From assembly GCA_013214975.1 (NCBI GenBank), contig JABSPR010000020.1, positions 1,300-65,299 of the forward strand: 64,000 nt of DNA. Direction: 5' to 3'. The notes beneath the pieces are model-generated. The model did not search any database and was not told the DNA's origin. It saw only the letters and a program-made list of their open reading frames with translations. A program made the translations under genes and the position numbers. Positions 11,153 to 22,315 of this stretch are shown in pieces (positions within the stretch are counted from its first letter, which is position 1; every line of letters begins with the position of its first letter). The stretch comes from Flavobacteriales bacterium (GTDB taxonomy: Bacteria > Bacteroidota > Bacteroidia > DT-38).

Positions 11153-14100
11153 ATGCAGAATAAGGCAGCAATTCAGATTTTTACAATCCTACTAGCAGTG
11201 GTTTGTATATACCATTTGTCATTTACGTGGGTAGTAAATAGTGTAGAGAACGATGCAAAAGCGTTCGCAAATGGAGATTCCCAAATAGAGTCCGATTACC
11301 TCGACTCAATGAAGAGTGTAGCGGTATATCCCATATTTGATCATACCTATGCAAAGTGTAAAACGAGTGAAATTAACTTAGGTCTCGATTTAAAAGGCGG
11401 AATGAATGTTACTTTAGAAGTATCAGTAGTTGATATTCTTAAAGCATTGGCAAATAAGAGCCAAGATGAAACATTTCAAAAAGCATTAGTAACAGCAACA
11501 AAACTTCAGGAAATAAGAGGAGACGATTATATTGTATTGTTTAAAGAAGCATTTGAACAGATTGATCCTCAGGCAAAATTAGCTTCACCTTCAATTTTTG
11601 GTACGAGAGAAATGCAAGGGCGTATCAAGTACGAAAGTACCAATGATGAAGTAATTGCAGTATTGCAAAGAGAAGTCGATGCGGCTATTATAAGATCATT
11701 CCTTGTGTTAAGAACAAGAATTGATAAGTTCGGAGTTTCTCAGCCGAATATTCAACGTTTAGGTACTTCAGGACGAATCCAAATCGAATTACCAGGAGTT
11801 AAAGATCCTGAAAGAGTTAGGAAATTGCTTCAAGGAACTGCAAAATTGGAATTCTGGGAGACGCATACTAATCAGGAAATATATCCATTTTTAGCAAAGG
11901 CTAATGATGAACTTGCGAGATATGGCAAGGCTGAAACTATTAAAGAAACTGGAGCAGACTCTTTACAAACAGGTAGTGAAACGGAATCAAACGGAAATGA
12001 CGAAGAAACTGTAGAAGCAAAGTCTGATTCAACAGCGGTAGATTCATCAGAGAAATCGTTACTTGACCAAATTGCTAGTGGCGATGGTGGTACAGATGAA
12101 GATGCTACTTTGAGTGACGCCGATAGAGAAAAAAATAATCCGTTGTTTTATAAACTGTCAGCTAACGTAGGGCAGGATGAGCAAGGTCAGAAAGTATTAG
12201 TGCGTGGGCCTGCGGTTGGGATTTGCTTGATTAAAGATACTGCAGCGGTAAATGAAATGTTGAGAATGCCAAGAATTAAGGCAATCTTTCCAGCTACGGC
12301 TAAGTTTTTATGGGCTGTAAAACCTTTTGATGATAAAGGAAAAGCGCTAAGACTGTATGCTATGAAAGTTGTGGACAGAGAAGGGAATGCTCCATTAGGC
12401 GGTGACGTAATAAAAAGTGCAAGCGGACAGTACGATCAGCTTTCTTCGCAAGCGGAAGTTAGAATGGTAATGTCGCCAGAGGGTACTAAGATTTGGAAAA
12501 GGCTTACCAGGGATAATAAAGGCAAGAGTATCGCCATTGTTTTAGATAACCATGTTTACTCTGCTCCAAATGTAATTAATGAGATTCCTAATGGTATATC
12601 GTCAATTACAGGAGACTTTAGTAAAAATGAGGCAGACGATTTAGCGAATATACTTGAGGCTGGAAAGTTACCAGCTCCTACCAAAGTGGTTGAAGAGGCT
12701 ATAGTTGGGCCTTCGTTAGGAGAAAAAGCAATCAACGATGGTGTAAGTTCTTTTGGAATAGCATTAATCATTGTGTTGTTATACATGATCTTTTATTATG
12801 GTAAAGCCGGTATAGCTTCAAATGTTGCTTTGTTTGCCAATATATTCTTCTTAATGGGTGTTCTGTCATCTGTTACTGCTGTATTAACATTGGCAGGAAT
12901 TGCTGGTATCGTTTTAACAATTGGTATGTCGGTTGATGCAAACGTGCTCATCTATGAAAGGATCCGGGAGGAACTTGCCGCAGGAAAAGGCTTGCATTTG
13001 GCGATCTCCGACGGTTATAAAAAAGCATATTCGTCTATAATTGATGCGAACGTAACAACATTCTTAACAGGAGCGATACTATTTATATTCGGTTCGGGTC
13101 CAATTCAAGGATTCGCATTTACATTAATGGTAGGTATTGGAACTTCAATGTTCTCAGCAATCTTCATTACTCGAATGATCTTTACTTGGATGTTAGATAG
13201 GAATAAGGAAATTACCTTTTCAACGCGAATGACGGAAGGAGCCTTTAAGAATATTAAATTCTCATTCATAGGTAAACGAAAGCTTTACTATATGATTTCG
13301 GGAGTTGTTATTATTGCTGGATTAGCTTCAATGCTTGGAAGAGCCGAGCCGTTTGATTTAGGAGTTGATTTTAGTGGAGGTCGTTCTTATGTGATAGAAT
13401 TCAAGAATGATGTAGCATCAGATGAAGTTAGTAAAGTTCTAACGGCAGACTTGATGAGTGCTCCTTCGGTTAAAACATTTGGTTCGGATAAAGTGATGAA
13501 AATTACTACCAAATATTTAATTAACGATGTTAGCGAAGATGTTGAGAAAACCGTTTTAACGAAAGTCTATAATGGTTTGTCTCCTATAATAGGTTCTGAT
13601 GTTAGTTTCGAAACTTTTAAATCGGACTACTTGCAAAGCTCGCAAAAAGTTGGACCTACTATTGCTGATGATATTAAAGTAAAAGCTGTTTGGTCAATCG
13701 TATTCTCTTTAGTTATTATCTTCCTTTATATCTACGGTAGGTTTGGTTTTAAATGGCAATTGGGTATGGGTGCTTTGGTTGCGATATTCCATGATGTATT
13801 AGTTGTAATGTCGTGCTTCTCGTTATTGCACGGAATTATGCCATTTACAATGGAGATAGATCAAGCATTTATTGCAGCAATATTAACAGTTGTTGGTTAT
13901 TCAATCAATGATACTGTGGTTGTGTTTGACAGAATTAGAGAGTACTTGGAATTGCATAAAAAGAAAGGCTTGTCAGACTTAATTGATAACGCGCTTAATG
14001 ATACTTTAAGTAGAACTTTTAATACTTCGATTACAATCTTTGTTGTGTTGTTGGCCATCTTCTTGTTTGGCGGAGAAGTTATAAAAGGATTTTCTTTCGC

Positions 14101-14188
14101 ACTACTTATTGGTGTTGTTGTTGGTACTTACTCTTCACTTTGTATTGCCACTCCAATTTATTACGAATTATCAAAGAAGAATTCTTAA
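11153..14188 (+). CDS. secDF: protein translocase subunit SecDF (fused SecD-SecF)
   Basis: The 1011-aa protein has a large periplasmic domain and two RND-like TM bundles. The fused SecD/SecF architecture is typical of Bacteroidota. Confidence 0.9.
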   Translation: MQNKAAIQIFTILLAVVCIYHLSFTWVVNSVENDAKAFANGDSQIESDYLDSMKSVAVYPIFDHTYAKCKTSEINLGLDLKGGMNVTLEVSVVDILKALANKSQDETFQKALVTATKLQEIRGDDYIVLFKEAFEQIDPQAKLASPSIFGTREMQGRIKYESTNDEVIAVLQREVDAAIIRSFLVLRTRIDKFGVSQPNIQRLGTSGRIQIELPGVKDPERVRKLLQGTAKLEFWETHTNQEIYPFLAKANDELARYGKAETIKETGADSLQTGSETESNGNDEETVEAKSDSTAVDSSEKSLLDQIASGDGGTDEDATLSDADREKNNPLFYKLSANVGQDEQGQKVLVRGPAVGICLIKDTAAVNEMLRMPRIKAIFPATAKFLWAVKPFDDKGKALRLYAMKVVDREGNAPLGGDVIKSASGQYDQLSSQAEVRMVMSPEGTKIWKRLTRDNKGKSIAIVLDNHVYSAPNVINEIPNGISSITGDFSKNEADDLANILEAGKLPAPTKVVEEAIVGPSLGEKAINDGVSSFGIALIIVLLYMIFYYGKAGIASNVALFANIFFLMGVLSSVTAVLTLAGIAGIVLTIGMSVDANVLIYERIREELAAGKGLHLAISDGYKKAYSSIIDANVTTFLTGAILFIFGSGPIQGFAFTLMVGIGTSMFSAIFITRMIFTWMLDRNKEITFSTRMTEGAFKNIKFSFIGKRKLYYMISGVVIIAGLASMLGRAEPFDLGVDFSGGRSYVIEFKNDVASDEVSKVLTADLMSAPSVKTFGSDKVMKITTKYLINDVSEDVEKTVLTKVYNGLSPIIGSDVSFETFKSDYLQSSQKVGPTIADDIKVKAVWSIVFSLVIIFLYIYGRFGFKWQLGMGALVAIFHDVLVVMSCFSLLHGIMPFTMEIDQAFIAAILTVVGYSINDTVVVFDRIREYLELHKKKGLSDLIDNALNDTLSRTFNTSITIFVVLLAIFLFGGEVIKGFSFALLIGVVVGTYSSLCIATPIYYELSKKNS

Positions 14189-14191
14189 ATT

Positions 14192-14410
14192 TTGATTTAT
14201 CTTGCAGGGATGCAATATCTGTTTTTTAGTTTTGGAGGAGGTGAGATATTCGTTATTCTTCTAATCGTTTTAATATTATTTGGATCTAAGAAGATTCCGG
14301 AGCTTGCTCGTGGAATTGGAAAAGGCATTCGTGAAGTAAAAGATGCCACCAATGATATTAAAAGAGAAATAGCTAAAGGAGCCGAAGAAAAAGATAATAA
14401 CAAAAGCTAG
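14192..14410 (+). CDS. tatA: twin-arginine translocase TatA/E family protein
   Basis: TM helix plus amphipathic helix with the motif [31 protein letters not shown]. The true start may be the downstream ATG at ~14210 (MQYLFF...). Confidence 0.75.
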   Translation: MIYLAGMQYLFFSFGGGEIFVILLIVLILFGSKKIPELARGIGKGIREVKDATNDIKREIAKGAEEKDNNKS

Positions 14411-14468
14411 AAGCTGCTTTGGGGAAGCGTTTTGATTCTCTTATAATCATTAATAATTTTACCTAAGA

Positions 14469-15419
14469 ATGGATTACTTAATGTTGCTTGGCGGGCTCTG
14501 TTTGCTCGTAGCTAGTGGGGAGTTTCTTGTAAGAGGAGCTGTTTACTTGGCAAGCAAGATGAAAGTTTCTTCTCTAGTAATAGGGATGACCGTTGTTTCC
14601 TTTGGTACGTCAGCCCCCGAGTTACTTGTTAGTCTTGAAGCAGCCTTAAATGGCCACGCAGATATTTGTATTGGTAACATTGTAGGTTCTAATATTGCCA
14701 ACCTTGCTCTTGTGCTAGGCTTAACAGCAATTGTTTTTCCTGTAGTGGTCGACAAAAATTCGGTTCGGGTAGATTGGCCTTTAATGTTCGGAGCAACATT
14801 ACTATTTGTCTATTTTATTTCAGATTCTGTTTTAAGTCATACCGAGGGATGGATATTTGTCTTCCTAATTGTCTCCATTGTTTTGTGGATGATTTGGAAA
14901 TCGAGGAAAGAACAAAAGGGCGAAGTAGAAGTTGAAAAAGCAGAAAGTGGTAAGAAAGAGATGTTGATTAACATATCATATCTTGCTGGAGCATTCGTTG
15001 GCTTGTACTTTGGTGCGGACTGGTTGGTGGAAGGGGCTGTTAATATTGCAGAGGACTTAGGTGTTGACGAGAAGCTTATCGGAGTAACTATAGTGTCGTT
15101 TGGAACGAGCTTACCAGAGTTGGTTACTTCTTTAGTTGCTGCATTTAGAAAAGAATCTGATATCTCGATTGGGAACTTGATTGGATCTAACCTGTTTAAT
15201 ATTCTAGCCATTCTAGGGATTACTGCAGCCGTTAAGGAAATAGATGTTTCTTTTGATGCATTTTTCTACGATGTATCGTGGATGGTTGGGATTTCAATAT
15301 TGGTTTTTCCATTAATGATGAATAAAATGAGTCTATCCAGAATTAAAGGTTTCCTATTATTCGCCTGCTATTGTGGATTCATGACTTTTACGATTTGCAG
15401 AAGCGTAAACTTATTGTAA
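14469..15419 (+). CDS. Ca2+/Na+ antiporter (CaCA/YrbG family)
   Basis: Two alpha-repeat regions (GMTVVSFGTSAPELLVSL and GVTIVSFGTSLPELVTSL) and about 10 TM segments. Confidence 0.8.
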   Translation: MDYLMLLGGLCLLVASGEFLVRGAVYLASKMKVSSLVIGMTVVSFGTSAPELLVSLEAALNGHADICIGNIVGSNIANLALVLGLTAIVFPVVVDKNSVRVDWPLMFGATLLFVYFISDSVLSHTEGWIFVFLIVSIVLWMIWKSRKEQKGEVEVEKAESGKKEMLINISYLAGAFVGLYFGADWLVEGAVNIAEDLGVDEKLIGVTIVSFGTSLPELVTSLVAAFRKESDISIGNLIGSNLFNILAILGITAAVKEIDVSFDAFFYDVSWMVGISILVFPLMMNKMSLSRIKGFLLFACYCGFMTFTICRSVNLL

Positions 15420-15479
15420 AATAAAATTATTCTTGAAAACAAGGGGGTAAGTTATAAAAAAATGGGTTTTTATAGCGAT

Positions 15480-15510
15480 TTGTTGAAAAAAACAGGGGGT
15501 GTATCTTTGA
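15480..15510 (+). promoter_or_regulatory. candidate sigma-A promoter (TTTG-N19-TATCTTTG) upstream of the GSIII gene
   Basis: TTTG at ~15480-15483 and TATCTTTG at ~15503-15510 are separated by a 19-nt spacer. A second TATCTTTG lies at ~15549-15556. This implies a long 5' UTR. Confidence 0.3.
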
Positions 15511-15598
15511 AAATAGCTATTTCTTCAGATTTAACCGGATTGTATTAATATCTTTGTGCAAGTTGTTCTAATTAATCAATTTCATAAAAAATAAAGTT

Positions 15599-17785
15599 AT
15601 GTCATCATTAAGATTTCGCGCAGTACAAGATATATTGGATAGAGAGCCCCTAATAATAGAGAATCAAGGAGAGTCGTTAGCAGAGCAGTTTGGAGCTAAT
15701 GTATTCAATAAGGTATCTATGAAAAAACATCTTTCAAACGATATCTTTAAAAAAGTGAATCATTCCATAGCTGGAGGTAAAAGATTAGATAGAGAGATAG
15801 CTGGTCAAGTTGCAACGGGAATGAGAACTTGGGCAATGACAAAAGGTGCTACACATTACACACATTGGTTTCAACCTTTAACTGGATTAACTGCTGAAAA
15901 ACACGATGGTTTTTTTGAAACAACTGGTGATGGTGAAGCAATTGATCACTTTGGTGGAGCACAATTGGTACAGCAAGAGCCAGATGCTTCTAGTTTCCCT
16001 AATGGTGGAATAAGAAATACTTTCGAAGCTCGTGGTTACACAGCATGGGATCCAACATCTCCGGCTTTTGTAATGGGCACAACGTTATGTATTCCTACTG
16101 TATTTGTTGCATATACAGGTGAAGCATTGGACTTTAAAACGCCATTACTTAAAACCATTTCTGCAATCGATAAAGCAGCAACCGATGTCTGTCAATATTT
16201 TGATAAAAAAACGTCAAAGGTTATTACTACTCTCGGTTGGGAGCAAGAATATTTTTTAATTGATTACGCACTTACAAATGCACGACCAGATATTATCCTT
16301 ACTGGAAGAACATTATTTGGTCATTTGTCTTCGAAAGGTCAACAGTTAGACGATCATTATTTTGGATCGATCCCTGAAAGAGCTAAGGCGTTTATGGAAG
16401 ACTTCGAATGTGAAGCTATTAGATTAGGAATACCTGTTAAAACAAGACACAATGAAGTAGCGCCTAATCAGTTTGAATGCGCTCCGATATTTGAAGAGTT
16501 AAACTTAGCTGTTGATCACAATCAATTGTTGATGGATGTTCTTGAGACTGTTGGGAGAAAGCATAAGTTTAAAGTATTGATGCATGAAAAACCTTTTGCT
16601 AATGTGAACGGTTCAGGTAAACACAATAACTGGTCGTTAGCAACTGATTCAGGTGAAAACTTATTGAGTCCAGGCAATACACCAAAAAGCAACCTTCGAT
16701 TCTTAACATTCTTTGTAAATACAATTAAGGCAGTTCATGAGCACAGTGACCTGATAAGAGCATGTATTACAAGTGCTGGAAACGACCACCGATTAGGTGC
16801 TAACGAAGCTCCACCAGCAATTATGTCTGTATTTATTGGAACAGAATTAAGTGCAGTTTTGGATGAAGTAGAGAAAAGAGTCTCTGGTAATAAAATGTCA
16901 ACAGAAGATAAGACACATTTAAAACTTGATATCGGAAAGATTCCAAGCATCCTATTAGATAATACAGACAGAAACAGAACATCTCCTTTTGCTTTTACAG
17001 GAAATAAATTTGAGTTAAGAGCAGTTGGTTCTCAAGCAAACTGTTCTTCATCAATGATTGTTTTAAATACCATCGTTGCAAAGCAATTACAAGAGTTTAA
17101 AAAATCGGTAGACGCATTAATTGCTAAAGGAACCAAAAAGGATGAAGCCATCTTGAAGATTTTGAAAAAGTATATAGTGGAGTCGAAAGCGATTCGTTTT
17201 GAAGGAAATGGCTATGGTGACGAATGGGTTAAAGAAGCTGAGAAAAGAGGTTTGGCTAATATTAAAACTACTCCACATGCCCTTGACGCCATGGTATCTG
17301 ATAAAACTAAAAAGCTTTACACAGAGCTTGGGATTTTATCTGAAGTTGAATTAGAGGCGAGATATGAGATTGAACTTGAAAACTATAAATTAAAAATCCA
17401 GATAGAATCTAGGATGATTGGAGATTTAGCACTAAATCAAATTATCCCGACTGCAATCGAATATCAAAACTTGTTAGTGAACAACGTTAATGGGTTGAAA
17501 AACATAATGGGGACTAAGTTTAAAACAACTGCTGCAAGCCAATTAAGAACAATCGAAAAGATTTCTGCTCATATAACAGCAATTGAGGAAAATGTTGAAT
17601 TAATGGTAGCCGCAAGAAAAAAGATTAATAAAATCGAAAATGCGAGTAAGTCAGCAAGAGGATACTGTGAAAAAGTAATTCCATTTTTTGAAGTAATTAG
17701 AAGTCACGTTGATAAATTGGAGGTTTTGGTAGATGACAAAATGTGGCCATTGCCAAAATATAGGGAGATGCTGTTTACTAAATAA
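15599..17785 (+). CDS. glnA: glutamine synthetase type III
   Basis: The 728-aa length and family-wide conservation are characteristic of GSIII, which is common in Bacteroidota. Confidence 0.9.
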   Translation: MSSLRFRAVQDILDREPLIIENQGESLAEQFGANVFNKVSMKKHLSNDIFKKVNHSIAGGKRLDREIAGQVATGMRTWAMTKGATHYTHWFQPLTGLTAEKHDGFFETTGDGEAIDHFGGAQLVQQEPDASSFPNGGIRNTFEARGYTAWDPTSPAFVMGTTLCIPTVFVAYTGEALDFKTPLLKTISAIDKAATDVCQYFDKKTSKVITTLGWEQEYFLIDYALTNARPDIILTGRTLFGHLSSKGQQLDDHYFGSIPERAKAFMEDFECEAIRLGIPVKTRHNEVAPNQFECAPIFEELNLAVDHNQLLMDVLETVGRKHKFKVLMHEKPFANVNGSGKHNNWSLATDSGENLLSPGNTPKSNLRFLTFFVNTIKAVHEHSDLIRACITSAGNDHRLGANEAPPAIMSVFIGTELSAVLDEVEKRVSGNKMSTEDKTHLKLDIGKIPSILLDNTDRNRTSPFAFTGNKFELRAVGSQANCSSSMIVLNTIVAKQLQEFKKSVDALIAKGTKKDEAILKILKKYIVESKAIRFEGNGYGDEWVKEAEKRGLANIKTTPHALDAMVSDKTKKLYTELGILSEVELEARYEIELENYKLKIQIESRMIGDLALNQIIPTAIEYQNLLVNNVNGLKNIMGTKFKTTAASQLRTIEKISAHITAIEENVELMVAARKKINKIENASKSARGYCEKVIPFFEVIRSHVDKLEVLVDDKMWPLPKYREMLFTK

Positions 17786-17943
17786 GTGTTTCTTGTTTTC
17801 GTAGTTTGGCCTGTATTTGGGCGCTGATCGTAATTTTACGCAAATTATTATAATCCAATAGCAGGCATTCAATATCAATGAATTGTCAGTTATTGGGTTA
17901 GTTGTTAAAAAAATCGTTATTTTGGTCTACTATTTAACCAAAA

Positions 17944-19956
17944 ATGATGAGCAAACATCTTATGAAATTTGTAAAACTTATATTTACAGCACTAGTGGTT
18001 GTATTGGTTTCAGTGAATTCATACTCACAAAGAAACTTTTCAAAAGAGGCGGATGAGGCATATAAAGCGTCGTCATATTCAGAAGCAATTGACCTATATA
18101 AAGTTGCATTTTCTAAAGCCAAGAAAAACAGAGTAGAAAAAGCTCGTATTATTTATCAGGTAGCTAATTGCTATCGGATGAAAAACGAGTACAAACAAGC
18201 TGAACTTTGGTTTCAAAAAGCCATTAATGCTAGGCATTTAGATCCTTATGCAAAATTGTATTTGGCTGATGCTAAAAAATACAATGGTAAGTACGAAGAA
18301 GCTCTTGTATGGTATCAGAAATTCGTTAAGAATTTACCCAATAGTCAAGACGGTAAAAATGGTATAGAGTCTTGTCAATTAGCAATGGAATGGATAGATA
18401 CTCCATCAAACTATAATGTGGAAATAAGTAATGCATTTAATACTAAGTTTGATGACTTTTCGCCTGTTTATGCTAAGAAGGATTATAAAGTAGTATACTT
18501 TACTTCTGCAAGACCAAGTGCTGCAGGGCAAACAACTGATGGTTGGACAGGGCAGAGCTTTACGGATGTCCTTCAAGCCAATCAGGATAGAAAAGGTAAA
18601 TGGGCAGAACCTGTTGTAATTGAAGGTGGAGTTAATTCGCCGTACAATGAGGGAGCAGTTGCATTTAATAAAAGATTTAGCAGCATTTATTTTACAAGAT
18701 GTATAATTGATAAAGGAGCAGACATGGGGTGTCAAATTTATACTGCTGATAGAGAGGGTAAAAGTTGGGGAGCATCTTCAGAGATTAAACTTGCACATGA
18801 TTCAATTAGAGTTGGACATCCATCAATGGCGCCAGACGATGTTACCTTATATTTCTCGGGTAATATGCCAGGAACACTTGGAGGGAAGGATATTTGGAAG
18901 TCTGTATATAACCCTAGTTCAAAAACTTGGTCGAAAGCAGAAAACTTAGGACCTACTATTAATACGAAAGGAGACGAAATGTATCCGTATATTAGAAGTA
19001 ATGGAGATTTGTATTTTGCTTCGAATGGACATATTGGAATGGGTGGGTTAGATATCTTTCATTCTAAAGCAAAAGGCGGTGGATTCGGTGAGCCTGAAAA
19101 TATGCAGTTTCCTATCAATTCATCTACCGATGATTTTGGAATTACGTTTCAAGGACGGAGAGAAGCAGGTATGTTTACATCTAATAGGCCTGGCGGAAGA
19201 GGCAAGGATGATATCTACGAATTTACAGTACCGCCTTTAGTTATTGTATTGGATGGTTATGTAAGAGATATGGAAACAAAAGAGATTATTCCTTACGCAA
19301 TTGTTGAACTTCGAGGTTCTGATGGGTCTATATTAATAGATACAACAGGAGCTGATGCTTATTACAAATTTCCTCTATCAGAAGAAACGAGTTATGATAT
19401 TGAAGGTAGAAAGAAAGGTTTCTTATCAGATTTTGCTCACGTAACGTCTGTAGGGGTGACAGTGTCATCAACACTTAAATCGGATAAAGATTTGTCCTTG
19501 ATAAACATTGTAAAGCCAATCAACCTTCCAAACATCGAGTATGCATATGCTAAATGGGCATTACTAGATAAGTCTACAGAAGCATTGTTGGATTTGGTGA
19601 AAACATTAGTTGACCATCCGAATATTACAATTGAGTTAAGAGCACACACAGATTTTAGGGGATCGGCTACTAATAATAAAGTACTATCTCAAAAAAGAGC
19701 AAAAAGCGTTGTTGACTTCTTGAAAGAAAAGGGGATTTCTGCAGACAGATTAACGCCTAAAGGGTATGGCGAAAGCTCGCCTCGTAGAGTTTCTGAGTTC
19801 ATGTCTAAGTCATGTTCCTTTGAAGCTGGTGATCTTTTAACAGAAAAGTTATTAGGGCCAAGAACAATGAAAGGTGATCCTAAATGGGAAGAAGGAATGC
19901 AGTTAAATAGACGAACTGAATTCTTTATCTTAAGAACAGATTACGTTCCTAAATAA
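17944..19956 (+). CDS. OmpA-family protein with N-terminal TPR, PD40/TolB-like beta-propeller repeats and C-terminal OmpA peptidoglycan-binding domain
   Basis: Signal peptide, TPR-like helices, PD40-like repeats (SPxxSxDGxxLYF pattern) and a C-terminal OmpA domain (ELRAHTDFRGSATNNKVLSQKRAKSVVDFLKEKGISADRL...GYGES). It is paralogous in architecture to 61174..63258. Confidence 0.7.
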   Translation: MMSKHLMKFVKLIFTALVVVLVSVNSYSQRNFSKEADEAYKASSYSEAIDLYKVAFSKAKKNRVEKARIIYQVANCYRMKNEYKQAELWFQKAINARHLDPYAKLYLADAKKYNGKYEEALVWYQKFVKNLPNSQDGKNGIESCQLAMEWIDTPSNYNVEISNAFNTKFDDFSPVYAKKDYKVVYFTSARPSAAGQTTDGWTGQSFTDVLQANQDRKGKWAEPVVIEGGVNSPYNEGAVAFNKRFSSIYFTRCIIDKGADMGCQIYTADREGKSWGASSEIKLAHDSIRVGHPSMAPDDVTLYFSGNMPGTLGGKDIWKSVYNPSSKTWSKAENLGPTINTKGDEMYPYIRSNGDLYFASNGHIGMGGLDIFHSKAKGGGFGEPENMQFPINSSTDDFGITFQGRREAGMFTSNRPGGRGKDDIYEFTVPPLVIVLDGYVRDMETKEIIPYAIVELRGSDGSILIDTTGADAYYKFPLSEETSYDIEGRKKGFLSDFAHVTSVGVTVSSTLKSDKDLSLINIVKPINLPNIEYAYAKWALLDKSTEALLDLVKTLVDHPNITIELRAHTDFRGSATNNKVLSQKRAKSVVDFLKEKGISADRLTPKGYGESSPRRVSEFMSKSCSFEAGDLLTEKLLGPRTMKGDPKWEEGMQLNRRTEFFILRTDYVPK

Positions 19957-20008
19957 CTACATTTAGAACTACTTTAAAAAAGTTCAAAACTTAAAATATT
20001 TTTAATGA

Positions 20009-20040
20009 AAGCATCTCGTGTAATCGAGGTGCTTTTTTTA
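20009..20040 (+). terminator. rho-independent terminator after the OmpA-family gene
   Basis: Hairpin GCATCTCG TGTAAT CGAGGTGC followed by TTTTTTT. Confidence 0.55.
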
Positions 20041-20050
20041 TTTTTGCAAC

Positions 20051-21220
20051 ATGTCGGAAAAGTTGAAATATGAATTACGAGGAGTGTCTGCCTCAAAAGA
20101 AGATGTACATAACGCAATAGCAAATATTGATAAAGGTTTGTACCCAAGAGCATTTTGTAAAGTTATTCCCGACATCTTAGGTGGAGACGACGACTATTGT
20201 AATATAATGCATGCCGATGGTGCTGGAACCAAATCGTCTTTAGCATACGTTTACTGGAAGGAGACAGGCGATATAAGCGTTTGGAAGGGAATTGCACAAG
20301 ATGCAATTGTAATGAACATAGACGACTTGCTTTGTGTTGGTGCTACTCAGAAAATATTGCTTTCGTCAACCATTGGTAGAAATAAAAATCTGATTCCGGG
20401 TGAAGTTATAGCGGCTATCATTAATGGTACAGAAGAGATTTTAGCAGAACTTAGAGAACAAGGAATAGATATTCATTCTACGGGTGGCGAAACAGCTGAT
20501 TTAGGCGACTTGGTTAGAACTATTATTGTGGACTCTACTGTAACCTGTAGAATGAAGCGATCGGAAGTGATAACCAACGAGAAAATTGGAGCAGGAGATG
20601 TGATAGTTGGCTTGTCTTCATCAGGGCAATCTACTTACGAAAAGATTTATAATGGCGGAATGGGAAGTAATGGATTAACATCTGCCCGTCATGATGTTTT
20701 TAATAAGGCATTGGCCGAAAAGTATCCTGAAAGTTTCGATCCTCAAGTACCTAGCGATTTAGTTTATTCTGGTGGGATTTCTTTGGAAGATAAAGTTGAT
20801 TTGACACCTTTAAATGCGGGTCAATTGGTGCTTTCTGCAACTAGAACCTATGCTCCGGTAATTCGTAAAATGCTTGATGAACATAGAGGAGATATAAGTG
20901 GAATGGTACATTGTAGTGGAGGAGCGCAAACCAAGATTCTTCACTTTATTGATAACCTGCACATAATTAAAGACAATATGTTTGATGTGCCACCATTATT
21001 TAAAATGATTCAGGAGCAATCTGGCACGCCATGGCAAGAGATGTACAAGGTTTTTAATATGGGGCACAGAATGGAAATTTACATTGGGCAGGAGCATGCA
21101 CAAAGTATAATCGACATTTGTAAGAGTTTTGAAATCGATGCGCAAGTAATTGGTAGGGTTGAAAGTCATAATGCGAAAAAGGTAACCATCAAATCCGAAT
21201 TGGGTACATTTGAATATTAA
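20051..21220 (+). CDS. purM: phosphoribosylformylglycinamidine cyclo-ligase (AIR synthetase, PurM-like)
   Basis: PurM-family motifs: ADGAGTKSS (cf. DGVGTK), [21 protein letters not shown] and HCSGGAQTK. The 389-aa length matches Bacteroidota PurM. Confidence 0.7.
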   Translation: MSEKLKYELRGVSASKEDVHNAIANIDKGLYPRAFCKVIPDILGGDDDYCNIMHADGAGTKSSLAYVYWKETGDISVWKGIAQDAIVMNIDDLLCVGATQKILLSSTIGRNKNLIPGEVIAAIINGTEEILAELREQGIDIHSTGGETADLGDLVRTIIVDSTVTCRMKRSEVITNEKIGAGDVIVGLSSSGQSTYEKIYNGGMGSNGLTSARHDVFNKALAEKYPESFDPQVPSDLVYSGGISLEDKVDLTPLNAGQLVLSATRTYAPVIRKMLDEHRGDISGMVHCSGGAQTKILHFIDNLHIIKDNMFDVPPLFKMIQEQSGTPWQEMYKVFNMGHRMEIYIGQEHAQSIIDICKSFEIDAQVIGRVESHNAKKVTIKSELGTFEY

Positions 21221-21234
21221 TTCTAAGAGATATA

Positions 21235-22308
21235 ATGTTAGATAAGCTAAGAACATTAAATGCAAAGTGGGGCGAATTGGAATTGCAAATTTCCGATCCA
21301 GAGATAATAACGGATCAAAAACGCTATGCGCAACTTAATAAAGAATATAAAGATCTTAACTGGGTAGGAGATGCTTTTAAGGAGTACGAAGACCTGTTGA
21401 GTAACATTGAAATGGCCAAAGATATTCTTAGCAATGAGAAGGATCCTGATTTTAAGGAAATGGCTAAGGAAGAACTAGAAGAGTACAAGGGTGCTTTTGA
21501 AAAGTTAGATGAAAAAATAAAACTCTTAATTATTCCCAAAGATCCTGCCGATGATAAAAATGCTTTGGTAGAAATTAGAGCTGGTACGGGTGGAGACGAA
21601 GCTAGTATTTTTGCTGGAGATTTATACCGAATGTATTCCAAATATTGTGATTCGAGAGGTTGGAAAATGGAATTGGTAGATACTTCTCATGGTACATCTG
21701 GAGGATATAAAGAGATTGTATTTAATGTTATAGGTGTGGATGTTTACGGGCAGATGAAATATGAATCAGGAGTTCATCGAGTTCAACGGGTACCACAAAC
21801 AGAAACCCAAGGTAGGGTACATACTTCTGCTGCGTCTGTAGTTGTTTTACCGGAAGCAGATGAGTTTGACATCGACCTTAAACCTAACGATATTAGAAAG
21901 GACACCTACTGTTCATCTGGACCAGGTGGGCAATCTGTAAATACTACTTATTCGGCAATCAGACTTACTCACATTCCAACCGGAATTGTAGCACAATGCC
22001 AAGATCAAAAATCTCAATTGAAGAACTTTGATAAAGCGATGAAAGTGCTGAGAAGTAGAATCTACGAATTGGAGTACAATAAGTATATGGAAGAAATTAG
22101 CGGAAAAAGAAAAACGATGGTTTCTACTGGCGACCGTTCGGCTAAAATTAGGACATATAATTATGCCCAAGGCCGAGTAACAGATCATCGAATTGGTTTC
22201 TCTATGCATAACCTCCCAAACTTTATGAATGGAGATATCCAGGAGTTTATTGATGAATTACAATTAGCAGAGAACACCGAGAAGTTAAAAGAAAGCTCAG
22301 GAGAATAA
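21235..22308 (+). CDS. prfA: peptide chain release factor 1
   Basis: GGQ motif (GPGGQSVN) and the RF1-type recognition region [14 protein letters not shown] (PxT class, not SPF). Length is 357 aa. Confidence 0.85.
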   Translation: MLDKLRTLNAKWGELELQISDPEIITDQKRYAQLNKEYKDLNWVGDAFKEYEDLLSNIEMAKDILSNEKDPDFKEMAKEELEEYKGAFEKLDEKIKLLIIPKDPADDKNALVEIRAGTGGDEASIFAGDLYRMYSKYCDSRGWKMELVDTSHGTSGGYKEIVFNVIGVDVYGQMKYESGVHRVQRVPQTETQGRVHTSAASVVVLPEADEFDIDLKPNDIRKDTYCSSGPGGQSVNTTYSAIRLTHIPTGIVAQCQDQKSQLKNFDKAMKVLRSRIYELEYNKYMEEISGKRKTMVSTGDRSAKIRTYNYAQGRVTDHRIGFSMHNLPNFMNGDIQEFIDELQLAENTEKLKESSGE

Positions 22309-22315
22309 TAACGAT

